Shown here one piece after another: positions 17,540 to 25,997 of a stretch of 64,000 bases of DNA. The position numbers were made by a program, and so were the translations under genes. Source of the stretch: a virus. How positions within the stretch are numbered: position 1 is the first letter of the stretch; each line of letters begins with the position of its first letter. The notes beneath the pieces are model-generated. The model was not told the DNA's origin. It saw only the letters and a program-made list of their open reading frames with translations, and did no database searches. The DNA is taken from positions 1-64,000 of IMG/VR virus record IMGVR_UViG_3300030101_003058; one strand, given 5' to 3'.

Positions 17540-17724
17540 CAATCGCATTTGGAATTCTTGTGATGGTTGTAGTGTCTCTTATGATTATCTTTGTACTTGT
17601 TGTTGACCACAACACACAAAGAAATCTTGAGAATCTTCAAATTGCTGTTGACAGCTTGAGAGAAGATGTGCAGAATCTAAAGGGTGATGAGGAAACTTAC
17701 GACGGAGAACAGGAGCATATCTAA
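17536..17724 (+). CDS. Small membrane protein with coiled coil
   Basis: N-terminal TM; ATGA overlap. Confidence 0.6.
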   Translation: MTIAFGILVMVVVSLMIIFVLVVDHNTQRNLENLQIAVDSLREDVQNLKGDEETYDGEQEHI

Positions 17725-18067
17725 TATGAGTAAACAAGAGTTCTACACAAGCATTCTCAAGAACATGAACCAATGCTATCACACAGGTGTTGAGAATCCT
17801 GTGCTCACTGAGATGATTGGTGAGTATGCTATTGTGGTGTATAAGGATTCTGTGGGTAATCACAGGGCTGTTCTTATGCACAACGGAGAGAATGTCTCTG
17901 GTTGCCTCTTCAATCACTTTGGAGAAGCTAGGGTTCGCTACACAATTCCTGAGTATCGTGGTCGTAGGCTTTCTAGAGAGCTGTTCGCTTGGCTATCTTG
18001 GAAGATGCCGAAGTGTAACTTTCGACATTCTCAAAATATGACAGAAGCAGGACTAAAGAGCATCTAA
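17684..18067 (+). CDS. GNAT-like acetyltransferase
   Basis: YTIPEYRGRRLSRELF resembles GNAT motif A; C-terminal MTEAG. Confidence 0.55.
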   Translation: MMRKLTTENRSISNMSKQEFYTSILKNMNQCYHTGVENPVLTEMIGEYAIVVYKDSVGNHRAVLMHNGENVSGCLFNHFGEARVRYTIPEYRGRRLSRELFAWLSWKMPKCNFRHSQNMTEAGLKSI

Positions 18068-18168
18068 TGGCAACTAAAGAACATTTAACTAAGCAAGACA
18101 GAAAGAAAGCTAAAGAGTTTCGTAAGAATCGTAGGAATAAACGTGATAGGTGGAATACAGAAAAATAG
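18067..18168 (+). CDS. Basic peptide (33 aa)
   Basis: TAATG overlap; MATKEHLTKQDRKKAKEFRKNRRNKRDRWNTEK. Confidence 0.6.
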   Translation: MATKEHLTKQDRKKAKEFRKNRRNKRDRWNTEK

Positions 18169-18238
18169 GAGTTGACACATGAGTACAGCAGGGGTTGTTA
18201 TTGCAATTGTTATTTTGATTGTTTCGGGAGGATAAGTT

Positions 18239-18973
18239 ATGAAACTTAAGTGTGTTGAAAGTTTGTCTAGTTATCTTACAGAAGGTAAGTTGTATGAATT
18301 TGATGGAAATACGGATGATGGTTTCTGGTTTCATACTGACGAGTCTGAAAGAGCGTATCAGTGGAAACTCAGTGGTTGCCACGGTGTATTTGAAATTGTT
18401 GAAGAACAATCAGAGACTTCACCAGCACTAACACCACGTTCCCTCGGATGCTTCCGAGAAGTTGCTGATGTTATTGGTGAGGAAGCAGCAGAAATTGAAC
18501 TACAGAGGGTTATTGATTATCCTGAGAATGACATTGGTAACGATGCTGACAAATGTTTGATTGATTGTTTTGCTTGGGATTACACACCACAAGACTTCAA
18601 TTTTTGGTCTGATATATATGACCGTAAGATCCCAGAGAGTTACGATGTGAACCAAAAGTCAACTCAAGATTCACCAGTATTCGGAGATGTGCTGCATTAC
18701 AATGGTGGACAAGTGGTTTACTTGAGCAATCTCCATAGCGGTTGTCATCTGGTGTCTTTTGAAAATGGTATTACTCTTGAGGTTACTCTGGATGAGCTTG
18801 ACGAATACAAGCCCAACGAAACACAAGAGCTTCACAACAGGATTCTTGAGCGCTACCAAAGGAAATCCTTAGACAATGCGTGGGATACACTTGTGTGTCG
18901 TGTGGATATGTCTGTGAGTGATCTGATTGATTTTGTTGTTGATAATTTGAATGCTGAGTATTCTGGAGAATAA
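18239..18973 (+). CDS. Hypothetical multidomain protein with N-terminal SH3-like module
   Basis: GGAGG RBS; FAWDYTPQDFNFW motif. Confidence 0.75.
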   Translation: MKLKCVESLSSYLTEGKLYEFDGNTDDGFWFHTDESERAYQWKLSGCHGVFEIVEEQSETSPALTPRSLGCFREVADVIGEEAAEIELQRVIDYPENDIGNDADKCLIDCFAWDYTPQDFNFWSDIYDRKIPESYDVNQKSTQDSPVFGDVLHYNGGQVVYLSNLHSGCHLVSFENGITLEVTLDELDEYKPNETQELHNRILERYQRKSLDNAWDTLVCRVDMSVSDLIDFVVDNLNAEYSGE

Positions 18974-18976
18974 CTG

Positions 18977-19005
18977 TTGACACAAGACCAAGGAAGGTCT
19001 ATAGT
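18977..19005 (+). promoter_or_regulatory. sigma70 early promoter with a GGA-loop hairpin
   Basis: TTGACA-caaGACCAAGGAAGGTC-TATAGT. Confidence 0.75.
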
Positions 19006-19041
19006 TCTCTCAACGTATCAGAGTAAGCAAAGGAGACTCTT

Positions 19042-19383
19042 ATGAACCTGTCACAACAAACAATCCGAAATATGACAACAGAAGAACTTCTGAACACTGC
19101 TGAGACAGTTGAGAGCATCGACAGACTCACTTTCAGCTATATCTCAGAGAAGATTCAGGCAGACTTTGAGGATACTCAGGATGAGCTAAAGCAAGCTGTA
19201 AAGAGTCTTGAGGAAGTTGAGGAGAATCTTTCAGATGCTACTAAGGCTTTTCGTGAGATTGAAGAGATGCTCACAGAAGCTATTGAAGATTGTGAAGGGG
19301 ATTATCAGACAATTGAAAAGATCATGAAGAAAGTTCGTCTGATTGCTGAGAGAAATGCTGATGAGATTGGAGATTGGTTATGA
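19042..19383 (+). CDS. Acidic coiled-coil protein
   Basis: AGGAG RBS; heptad-like Glu-rich sequence. Confidence 0.7.
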   Translation: MNLSQQTIRNMTTEELLNTAETVESIDRLTFSYISEKIQADFEDTQDELKQAVKSLEEVEENLSDATKAFREIEEMLTEAIEDCEGDYQTIEKIMKKVRLIAERNADEIGDWL

Positions 19384-19592
19384 CAAAACCTTTGAATGGC
19401 TACTACACAGCCAAAGAACGCATTCGTGTACGTTGTGGTGTTTCTACATTCCAGTTACCAGAAGGTGCTAAGGTATTTGCAGAGCAATTCGATTGGGATA
19501 ACAAGAAAGTTCTGGTGCGTTTTGGTGGACGTGATATTGATTGGATGTCTATGAGAACTTTTGAGGAATGTTTTAAGCAAGGTGGAGAATAA
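19380..19592 (+). CDS. Hypothetical protein
   Basis: ATGA overlap. Confidence 0.6.
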   Translation: MTKPLNGYYTAKERIRVRCGVSTFQLPEGAKVFAEQFDWDNKKVLVRFGGRDIDWMSMRTFEECFKQGGE

Positions 19593-19593
19593 T

Positions 19594-19908
19594 ATGAGCA
19601 ACTACCAAAGCAAAGCCCTGAATCCTCGCAACGGAACTGTGGAAGTCGTTAGTATGCTTGACGATTACTTCGGCAAACACCAGTATGCTGTAGCATTCCA
19701 AGATGGTTCCAAGTATCCTGAGAATCAAGTTGTGTGTATTCATCCGAATGACTTAGATGCTGAGGATGTTCGTGTGTATTATCAGGGTGAGTCTGCTGTT
19801 ATCTGGACTTACCACGGGAAATACTTGGTAGAAGGGGTTAAGCACAGACGATTCTCAGATGCTTGTATGGCTTTTAAGATTGCTGTTGATCAGTATAGGA
19901 AGAACTAG
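19594..19908 (+). CDS. Hypothetical protein (start MSNYQ)
   Basis: GGAG RBS. Confidence 0.6.
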   Translation: MSNYQSKALNPRNGTVEVVSMLDDYFGKHQYAVAFQDGSKYPENQVVCIHPNDLDAEDVRVYYQGESAVIWTYHGKYLVEGVKHRRFSDACMAFKIAVDQYRKN

Positions 19909-20033
19909 GAAATATCTACAAACACCTCAGGAGGCTTTACAGGCTTTCTGGGGTGATTTTGTATTCTGGTGTTGACACAGGAATTATGCTGGTGTATCTT
20001 TAGCACATACATTGAATGAACGGAGGGATTCAC

Positions 20034-20216
20034 ATGAAACTGAAGTGTATTAACACAAACTCTAATGATCATAGGTTCACAGTGGGCAGGAGCTATAGTG
20101 TTGTTGGTAGTGAACACAAGTTTGGTAAGATGTTCTATACAGTGATTGATAACACACAAGTTAAGTTTAATGTTCCTTTGAACAGTAAAGTTTATCATTT
20201 TGAGGTTATTGAATGA
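20034..20216 (+). CDS. Small SH3-like protein (MKLKC family)
   Basis: GGAGG RBS; downstream of a TTGACA-N17-TATCTT promoter. Confidence 0.65.
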   Translation: MKLKCINTNSNDHRFTVGRSYSVVGSEHKFGKMFYTVIDNTQVKFNVPLNSKVYHFEVIE

Positions 20217-20482
20217 ATCATCGTAGAGAAATGACAGAAAAAGAGATTTACATAATTAATCAATTGCAATTAGCAGGCTATGGGTGACGAAAGTATGCCA
20301 CATCCGTATTGTCACAGGGTTACATTTCAGACAAGCAATCTCAGACACTGCGCACTATGCTTCACAAATTGCGTTCGCAACAAGCTGACGCACAATACAG
20401 GAAAGCAAGAGCACTCTCTAGTGAATCTTATGAACCTGATATATCAGACTTGGAAGCAATGCAATCAGGAGATTACTTTTAA
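20213..20482 (+). pseudogene. 89-codon gene interrupted by a single in-frame TGA at 20285-20287
   Basis: ATGA and TAATG overlaps at the two ends; frame stays open after the TGA. Confidence 0.65.
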
Positions 20483-20670
20483 TGTTAGCTACTGAATCAA
20501 GAGACTTGTGGAAAGAACAGTTTGAACTAGGCTACACACCATCGGATATTGTATTAGATGACTACAGGAGACATCGGGATAATCCATATTGGCGAGTATC
20601 ATCACAAGTAGAACAGCTATGTGAGTACATATTGTATTTAGAAAAAGAGCTTGGGAGAAATCAGCAATAA
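20482..20670 (+). CDS. Hypothetical protein
   Basis: AGGAG RBS; TAATG overlap. Confidence 0.65.
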   Translation: MLATESRDLWKEQFELGYTPSDIVLDDYRRHRDNPYWRVSSQVEQLCEYILYLEKELGRNQQ

Positions 20671-20845
20671 TCTACAGACACCTTGGGACGCTACAGAAGC
20701 TCTCAGGGTGTTTTTGTATCTAGCCTATGCTGACCTAGAGGGTATGTTGATAAAAGCTGTTGTAGACGCTCAGAGGAAGCGAGACAGTGATCTTGACACG
20801 GTTGTTGAGTTGATTTAGAGTGTGTGAGTGTAGACTTAAATAAAT

Positions 20846-21622
20846 TTGGAGGTAAGTGTGAAGTTAAAGCAAGACGGGACACCTAACAAATCAACTGTGG
20901 GTGAGCTGAAGTATAAGTTTGATTCTGGTGATGTTGTCACTAATAACGCAGGCAACAGGTATAAATTTATTAAAAGAACACACAACAGGGTATGGGTTGA
21001 ATTTTTAGATCATAGAAAATATTGTTCGGCATACCCTATTTCTTCTTCATGCGCGTTATCTGGAAAAGTAAAAGATTGGTATGCACCAAGTGTGTATGGG
21101 GTAGGTGTCACAGGCATATTATATGAAGAAGACAGTCCAATATATTATAAATGGAAGTCGATGTTAAATAGGGTTCTATACAGATGTAAGAGTCAATATG
21201 TGGGCTGTGACGTTTCAGAAGAGTTCAGATGTTTTGAAAATTTTTATTGGTGGTATAAAAAGAATGAGCAGGTGGAAGGTTATAACTATGAGCTTGACAA
21301 AGACCTGTTTTGTATGGACTCTAAACTGTATTCTCCAGAGACTTGTTGTTTGCTACCGAAAGAACTGCACAATAAGCTATATAGGAGTCAGAACGTAAAC
21401 AAGGCTGTTAAAGAGACGTCAATGGGGTTTACGCTAGGGAGTGTATTTGGTGATTTCATTGACCGAGAATCAGGAAGATTTTTTGACACACAAAAGCAGG
21501 CTCTAGATTTTTATTGGGATTGCAGGGAGGATAGATTAAGAGAGTGCGCCTATAAATGGAAAGACTATATAAAACCACACGTTTATCGTAGAATTTGCGA
21601 TTTCTCTTTCCGTGACAACTAG
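20846..21622 (+). CDS. HNH-type homing endonuclease
   Basis: W.SML.R...Y.GC.VSEEF..FENF..W...LDKD...YSPETCCLLP; own TTGACA promoter near 20793. Confidence 0.8.
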   Translation: MEVSVKLKQDGTPNKSTVGELKYKFDSGDVVTNNAGNRYKFIKRTHNRVWVEFLDHRKYCSAYPISSSCALSGKVKDWYAPSVYGVGVTGILYEEDSPIYYKWKSMLNRVLYRCKSQYVGCDVSEEFRCFENFYWWYKKNEQVEGYNYELDKDLFCMDSKLYSPETCCLLPKELHNKLYRSQNVNKAVKETSMGFTLGSVFGDFIDRESGRFFDTQKQALDFYWDCREDRLRECAYKWKDYIKPHVYRRICDFSFRDN

Positions 21623-22260
21623 AATTTCACCCGTCAGAGGAATCGACTGAGCGTTCAATGGAATTTCGGTGGGGGAATCAACTGCTGGCAGAGGTTTTCA
21701 TTTGTGTGCTGGCGAATTTTCAACTCCGGCAGACACTTCTGTTTTCTTCCGGATCGAATTTTGACTTTAAAATCAATGAATTACGACTTCCGGCACTTGT
21801 TTTCATCCGAGCCAGCTTTATGTATCGCTCAAAAAATTTCTAGAGAATCTACTTTTCATTTTTCATAGCTCAGATTTTAGTTAGCAAAACTATTAATTAG
21901 CATAAACAACTATTACATAAGCAACCTAACTATCTCGCTAGTTGGCAAAAGTTAGCTAAAGCAATTGTTTGAATTACTATTGATTGCCAGAATGTAGGGA
22001 CAGAATCGCAAGAATGATAAAAGAAATGTCTAATACTTTTTAGGACTAACAGGCGGGACTCTATAGATCAAAAGGTAATACGGAATTTTTTCCAGCGAGG
22101 GTGATTATCTCCTGCCTTATATTGCGCAGCCTGTACCTGAAAGAATAGTTGAACGGATACCAGAAAGCAAGCGAGTAGTTGAAAATAATTTATTGCTACT
22201 TTCTAATCCCGCGCATGCGTGACTAACACAAAAGAAAATCAAAAGTCAACAACGCTAAAA
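21623..22260. other. Non-coding region with phased T-tracts, an IHF site and MarR/SlyA-like repeats (candidate genome-terminus region)
   Basis: Recurrent (A/G)(A/T)TTTC tracts; AATCAATGAATTA at 21771; AGCAA..(T)AACTAT-like repeats at 21877-21960. Confidence 0.5.
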
Positions 22261-22445
22261 TCATGCCATTAATTGCCTGTCGTGCTACTCAAACATTACA
22301 ATTTTTGCTATATTCCAGGATGCTAGGGAAACCCATGTTTTCGAGAACAAAACGTTGTAAGCATTTTTGCCTGTTACACTTGCGCTGGCTTTCTGGTTTT
22401 ACTATAGTAGACCCAACGTCAAACGATAGAGCCAAGGGGTTTACT

Positions 22446-22805
22446 ATGATTATCAACGTTTCAGCCTACGGGATTAGCTCACAGTACAAAGTAGACTTTT
22501 CACGCGCCGATAAGGTGGCATTAGAGACTTTCCTTGCTACCAAGGGTGTATATCTGTCAGATCGTCAAGTAAACGCTTTTGTAGACTCTGGCGAAGGTGT
22601 ACAGTTCGATGGGCATGGTCGGAAGTGGATCGCAGCTACTACCGTGCGCGACATTACAAACGAGGTGATGACCGATAAGGCGCGCCAGATTATCCGCAAG
22701 TTTTTGCGGAGCATTACCGCGAACGCTACTAGTAAAACACTAGTGTCGCGTGCTATGAAAGTTAAGAAAGTAGCGCAAGCTTACAACCTTGAACATATGC
22801 TCTAA
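22446..22805 (+). CDS. Pre-early hypothetical protein
   Basis: Promoter TTGCGC-N17-TATAGT upstream; AAGGGG RBS before ATG 22446. Confidence 0.7.
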   Translation: MIINVSAYGISSQYKVDFSRADKVALETFLATKGVYLSDRQVNAFVDSGEGVQFDGHGRKWIAATTVRDITNEVMTDKARQIIRKFLRSITANATSKTLVSRAMKVKKVAQAYNLEHML

Positions 22806-22816
22806 GGGGGTTTGAC

Positions 22817-22924
22817 ATGAAAATTACTAAAGCAGAATACGATCGTTTAGGCGGTATGAGAAATTCTAAGTTATACCGCAAACAATCCAAAAACGGTCGT
22901 TGGAATTACTACAAGTCTAAATAA
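22817..22924 (+). CDS. Small basic peptide (35 aa)
   Basis: AAGGGGG RBS; MKITKAEYDRLGGMRNSKLYRKQSKNGRWNYYKSK; terminator follows. Confidence 0.6.
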   Translation: MKITKAEYDRLGGMRNSKLYRKQSKNGRWNYYKSK

Positions 22925-23585
22925 AAGTTTTTGCCCCTGATTGGACTACAAAGCCTTGAAGGGGATTTTTTATCTATGAGATATTAAACCCATCGAAACG
23001 CAAAACCTAAAAGGTACAGACCTATGAAAACATCAGAATATACAGCAAACGAATCCCTAGCAGAATCTAAGCAAGCGCCGGATTTAATGGCGGAGAGAAA
23101 ACCGCTTGTATTTTCTGATAGCACTAGGGATAATCAGACGGGTGATAAAGATAAACCGGAAACGTGGAGTATAGTGTGATGAAAACACAAATATCTAATC
23201 TGACATTACCAACGCAAGATCAATCTTATATGCAATACATGAACGTACAATACAAGCTCGAAAGAATACGCCGGAATTCTCGCTTGTCTTTTAAGTGTAA
23301 ACTGGCGGCAATGATTGCTAGTGATAATCGTACTGGAAAGGTTTGGAGCTAATATGAAAGCTACATATAAAGAAGGTAAAGCATTAGATTACATTTTACT
23401 GTACACTGACTGTAGGAATGTTAGTGAGGCTATTGGATACCTCAACGGAATGTATAACGAAGGTATGACAATAGATGAAATCCTAAGTTATTTTGAGGCA
23501 ACAAAACCAAGTTTTATTTGACAAGCGCGTAAGATAGACTAGACTTACTAATGTAAACCAATGATAACTTTTGATAGGTGATTTT

Positions 23586-24005
23586 ATGAAACTTTCTACT
23601 GTAATCAACAATAGCAACATTCCGGCAACTCTGATTCGTTCCGTAGTTCGCCAGTGTGCACCATGGGACGAATTTAGAGAAATAGCGCAAGACGTTACAA
23701 GCCATGGGGCTGATTCAGGATTCAGCGGTTTTATCTATTACCATGAAACTATAGATTTCACAAAACGTAACCGGAAATACATTATTGAACTATTGGAGGA
23801 ACAATCAGCCGATTTTGGTATTGTTAGTATTTATCAGTTTATTTCAGAGTTTAATTGTCTGAGCCGCAACTATACACCGACTGAAATTGCAGAATCATTC
23901 TATCGTGACAATGATGCAAGAATAGCGGTATTCAATGCGCTTGCATGGTATGCACTGGAAGAAGTTTCACGGGCTGTAGTTGATACACTGGAAAGCGAGG
24001 AATAA
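23586..24005 (+). CDS. Phage early protein with GFSGFIYY.ET..F motif
   Basis: AGGTG RBS; TTGACA promoter at 23518. Confidence 0.7.
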   Translation: MKLSTVINNSNIPATLIRSVVRQCAPWDEFREIAQDVTSHGADSGFSGFIYYHETIDFTKRNRKYIIELLEEQSADFGIVSIYQFISEFNCLSRNYTPTEIAESFYRDNDARIAVFNALAWYALEEVSRAVVDTLESEE

Positions 24006-24008
24006 ACA

Positions 24009-24092
24009 ATGCGTAACGTCAACAAAAAAGAGCATAAACAATTCCGTAAGAATCGCCGTAATGCTCGCGGGAAGCGTTGGACAGTTATTTAA
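24009..24092 (+). CDS. Basic peptide (27 aa)
   Basis: GAGG RBS; MRNVNKKEHKQFRKNRRNARGKRWTVI. Confidence 0.6.
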   Translation: MRNVNKKEHKQFRKNRRNARGKRWTVI

Positions 24093-24178
24093 ACATTAAT
24101 GTTTATTTGGCGGTATTCTTTCGAGAGTATCGCCCTGTAAACAAACGAAAGAGCAAGGCAACCGACAAGGGCAAGACA

Positions 24179-24532
24179 ATGACAATTTATACAATGAAAC
24201 ACTCAGAAATTAACTTTTCATCTGTTAATGAAAAGCAAGTAGAGTATTATGAGAAATTACTCTCAGGTATCACACAAAAGGATTTAAAGGATAATACTTT
24301 TGAAGGTAGGCACGGCCTATTAATGAATATGTCATTGGCTGGTGATTCTCCATTAACTTTTGATTACTTGCGGGCACGGGGTATCAAAGAAGAATACAAA
24401 AGAAAGTTTGTTAGCTCTTTTGATAAATATACAACCACTGTTGTCTATAACAATTCTACAATGCTTATTTGGGATGCAGCGGAAAAATACGCAATTGATC
24501 AGACAAAAGACTATACGGGGTGGACAGTATGA
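24179..24532 (+). CDS. Hypothetical protein
   Basis: Start MTIYT follows an AAGGG RBS. Confidence 0.6.
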   Translation: MTIYTMKHSEINFSSVNEKQVEYYEKLLSGITQKDLKDNTFEGRHGLLMNMSLAGDSPLTFDYLRARGIKEEYKRKFVSSFDKYTTTVVYNNSTMLIWDAAEKYAIDQTKDYTGWTV

Positions 24533-24948
24533 TTGATCTACTAAAAAGCCACAGCACACAAAAGAACCACACAACAAAACCACAAACAAAGAAACAAGCA
24601 TTTAAACAAGCTAACGTAAACTCAATACTGCACACGGAAAGGCAAGGGGATACATTGGTAGCATCATTGTATATTGAACCACTGGAAAGCCTAAGCAATA
24701 CTCCAGACAACACAAAAGGGCGCAATAGATTTCTCACAGTGAGACAGGGAAGGCGTATGCGTAGCAGAAGTATTCTAAAGGATTCTCAGGCATTCATTAC
24801 AGCGCTACAGTGGGATTGTACTAGTGTGATTCAAAAGGCTACTAGAGAAGGTCTCAGGGTGGTTCTCAGGTTGCCTATTGTGGATGGCATAGAATGGCCT
24901 GATTATTCTTGTGATTGGATTGCTCAAGAAAGTTTTTTGATGGCTTAG
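24529..24948 (+). CDS. Hypothetical protein
   Basis: ATGA overlap. Confidence 0.55.
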   Translation: MIDLLKSHSTQKNHTTKPQTKKQAFKQANVNSILHTERQGDTLVASLYIEPLESLSNTPDNTKGRNRFLTVRQGRRMRSRSILKDSQAFITALQWDCTSVIQKATREGLRVVLRLPIVDGIEWPDYSCDWIAQESFLMA

Positions 24949-24962
24949 GGAGAACCAGAGCA

Positions 24963-25208
24963 ATGCTTAAACGTATACACATAAACCAGCATAACATCCG
25001 ATACAATGCTAAGGCGGACAAGGGAACAGAACTAAAACCTGTGGTGTCTGTAAAGACTTCTAAGGGCAATTACAAGGGCATGACGACAGACATACTAGGC
25101 GATTCCAAAGTTGTGTACAGCGAGTCTAAGCCGCTTTCATGCGGGGCTAAGGTTTGGATAGAGACACGGGCCGTAGTTGTGCTAGATGGGATACTAGAAA
25201 TTAATTGA
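24963..25208 (+). CDS. Phage hypothetical protein (IHINQH...KPLSCGAKVWIET)
   Basis: GGAG RBS; motif familiar from phage hypotheticals. Confidence 0.7.
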   Translation: MLKRIHINQHNIRYNAKADKGTELKPVVSVKTSKGNYKGMTTDILGDSKVVYSESKPLSCGAKVWIETRAVVVLDGILEIN

Positions 25209-25294
25209 ATTCTTTTTGATTGTTCGCTTGCATTCTTTGAATAGCTCAACTAAGATGTTCATAACGTCAAACGAAACACCAAAGGAGAAACACT

Positions 25295-25450
25295 ATGAAC
25301 GGTTATCAATTGCTCACACAAGAACAGCGGGAAGATCTTGATAGGTTAGTTGAAAAGAATACCCATGCAGACATTACCCCACTAGAAGCAGCACACATAA
25401 GAGCCTATGAGGTTTTATGTGCACAATTGGAGATTGAGTACAGCAAGTAA
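25295..25450 (+). CDS. Small hypothetical protein
   Basis: Promoter TTGCAT-N17-TAAGAT; AGGAG RBS. Confidence 0.65.
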   Translation: MNGYQLLTQEQREDLDRLVEKNTHADITPLEAAHIRAYEVLCAQLEIEYSK

Positions 25451-25473
25451 AACAAACAAATAACTAAAGCATT

Positions 25474-25510
25474 GCCCCGGATTCTCTAAAGGATTGCCGG
25501 GGCTTTCTTA
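25474..25510 (+). terminator. Intrinsic terminator ending the early island
   Basis: GCCCCGG...CCGGGGC-TTTCTT. Confidence 0.7.
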
Positions 25511-25736
25511 TGTCTGATCAACACGTGACAAGGGTCATACAGGGCTACACAAAAGACTTTCCACAGGTAGCCTATGGGATAGCATAGGGATAGGCTAAAG
25601 GCTTGTCATAAGCGCTCTCAGGCTGTTCTATTAGATGCTTTAGATTGTCATTGTTTAGCTGCAATTCTCTTATGTGTTATTGGACTAAGTATCTACTTTA
25701 TTATCTCTTTGGCCTACTTCGGTTAAACCACCCAAG

Positions 25737-25831
25737 TTATCCACAGAACACTCTGACTTATCCACAGGCAACAATAGCAATCTAAAGTTATCCACAAGTA
25801 TGATCTAAAGTTATCCACAGACTTATCCACA
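25737..25831 (+). promoter_or_regulatory. Five co-oriented perfect DnaA boxes
   Basis: TTATCCACA at 25737, 25758, 25788, 25811 and 25823. Confidence 0.92.
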
Positions 25832-25871
25832 GGATGATCTGAAGGTATACACCTGTATACAATAGTATCAT

Positions 25872-25887
25872 TGGCACAACTATTGCT
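25872..25887 (+). promoter_or_regulatory. sigma54 -24/-12 element
   Basis: TGGCAC-AACTA-TTGCT matches TGGCAC-N5-TTGCW. Confidence 0.6.
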
Positions 25888-25981
25888 TATCAATAGCAAC
25901 CTAATATTATCTTAAGCAAGCTATCTAAATTATTCCGAAGGTATGCCGGGGGGGATCTTATGTAGTTCTATTGTGTGCTAG

Positions 25982-25997
25982 TGTTTCACGTGGAACG
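25982..25997. promoter_or_regulatory. parS (ParB-binding) site
   Basis: TGTTTCACGTGGAACG matches 15/16 of TGTT(T/C)CACGTG(A/G)AACA. Confidence 0.8.

Noticed and set aside
20285-20287. Genome-wide UGA recoding
   Set aside because: Many genes end in TGA with ATGA overlaps and core genes are intact under code 11
21658-21843. 61-aa ORF in the T-tract region
   Set aside because: No RBS and a Phe-rich product arising from the repeats; treated as non-coding
25525-25538. matS-like GTGACAAGGGTCAT
   Set aside because: Spacer is one base too long and the last base mismatches GTGACRNYGTCAC
25660-25690. dif-like site (reverse complement TAGTCCAATAACACATA...)
   Set aside because: Only an XerC-like half; no TTATGTTAAAT XerD arm
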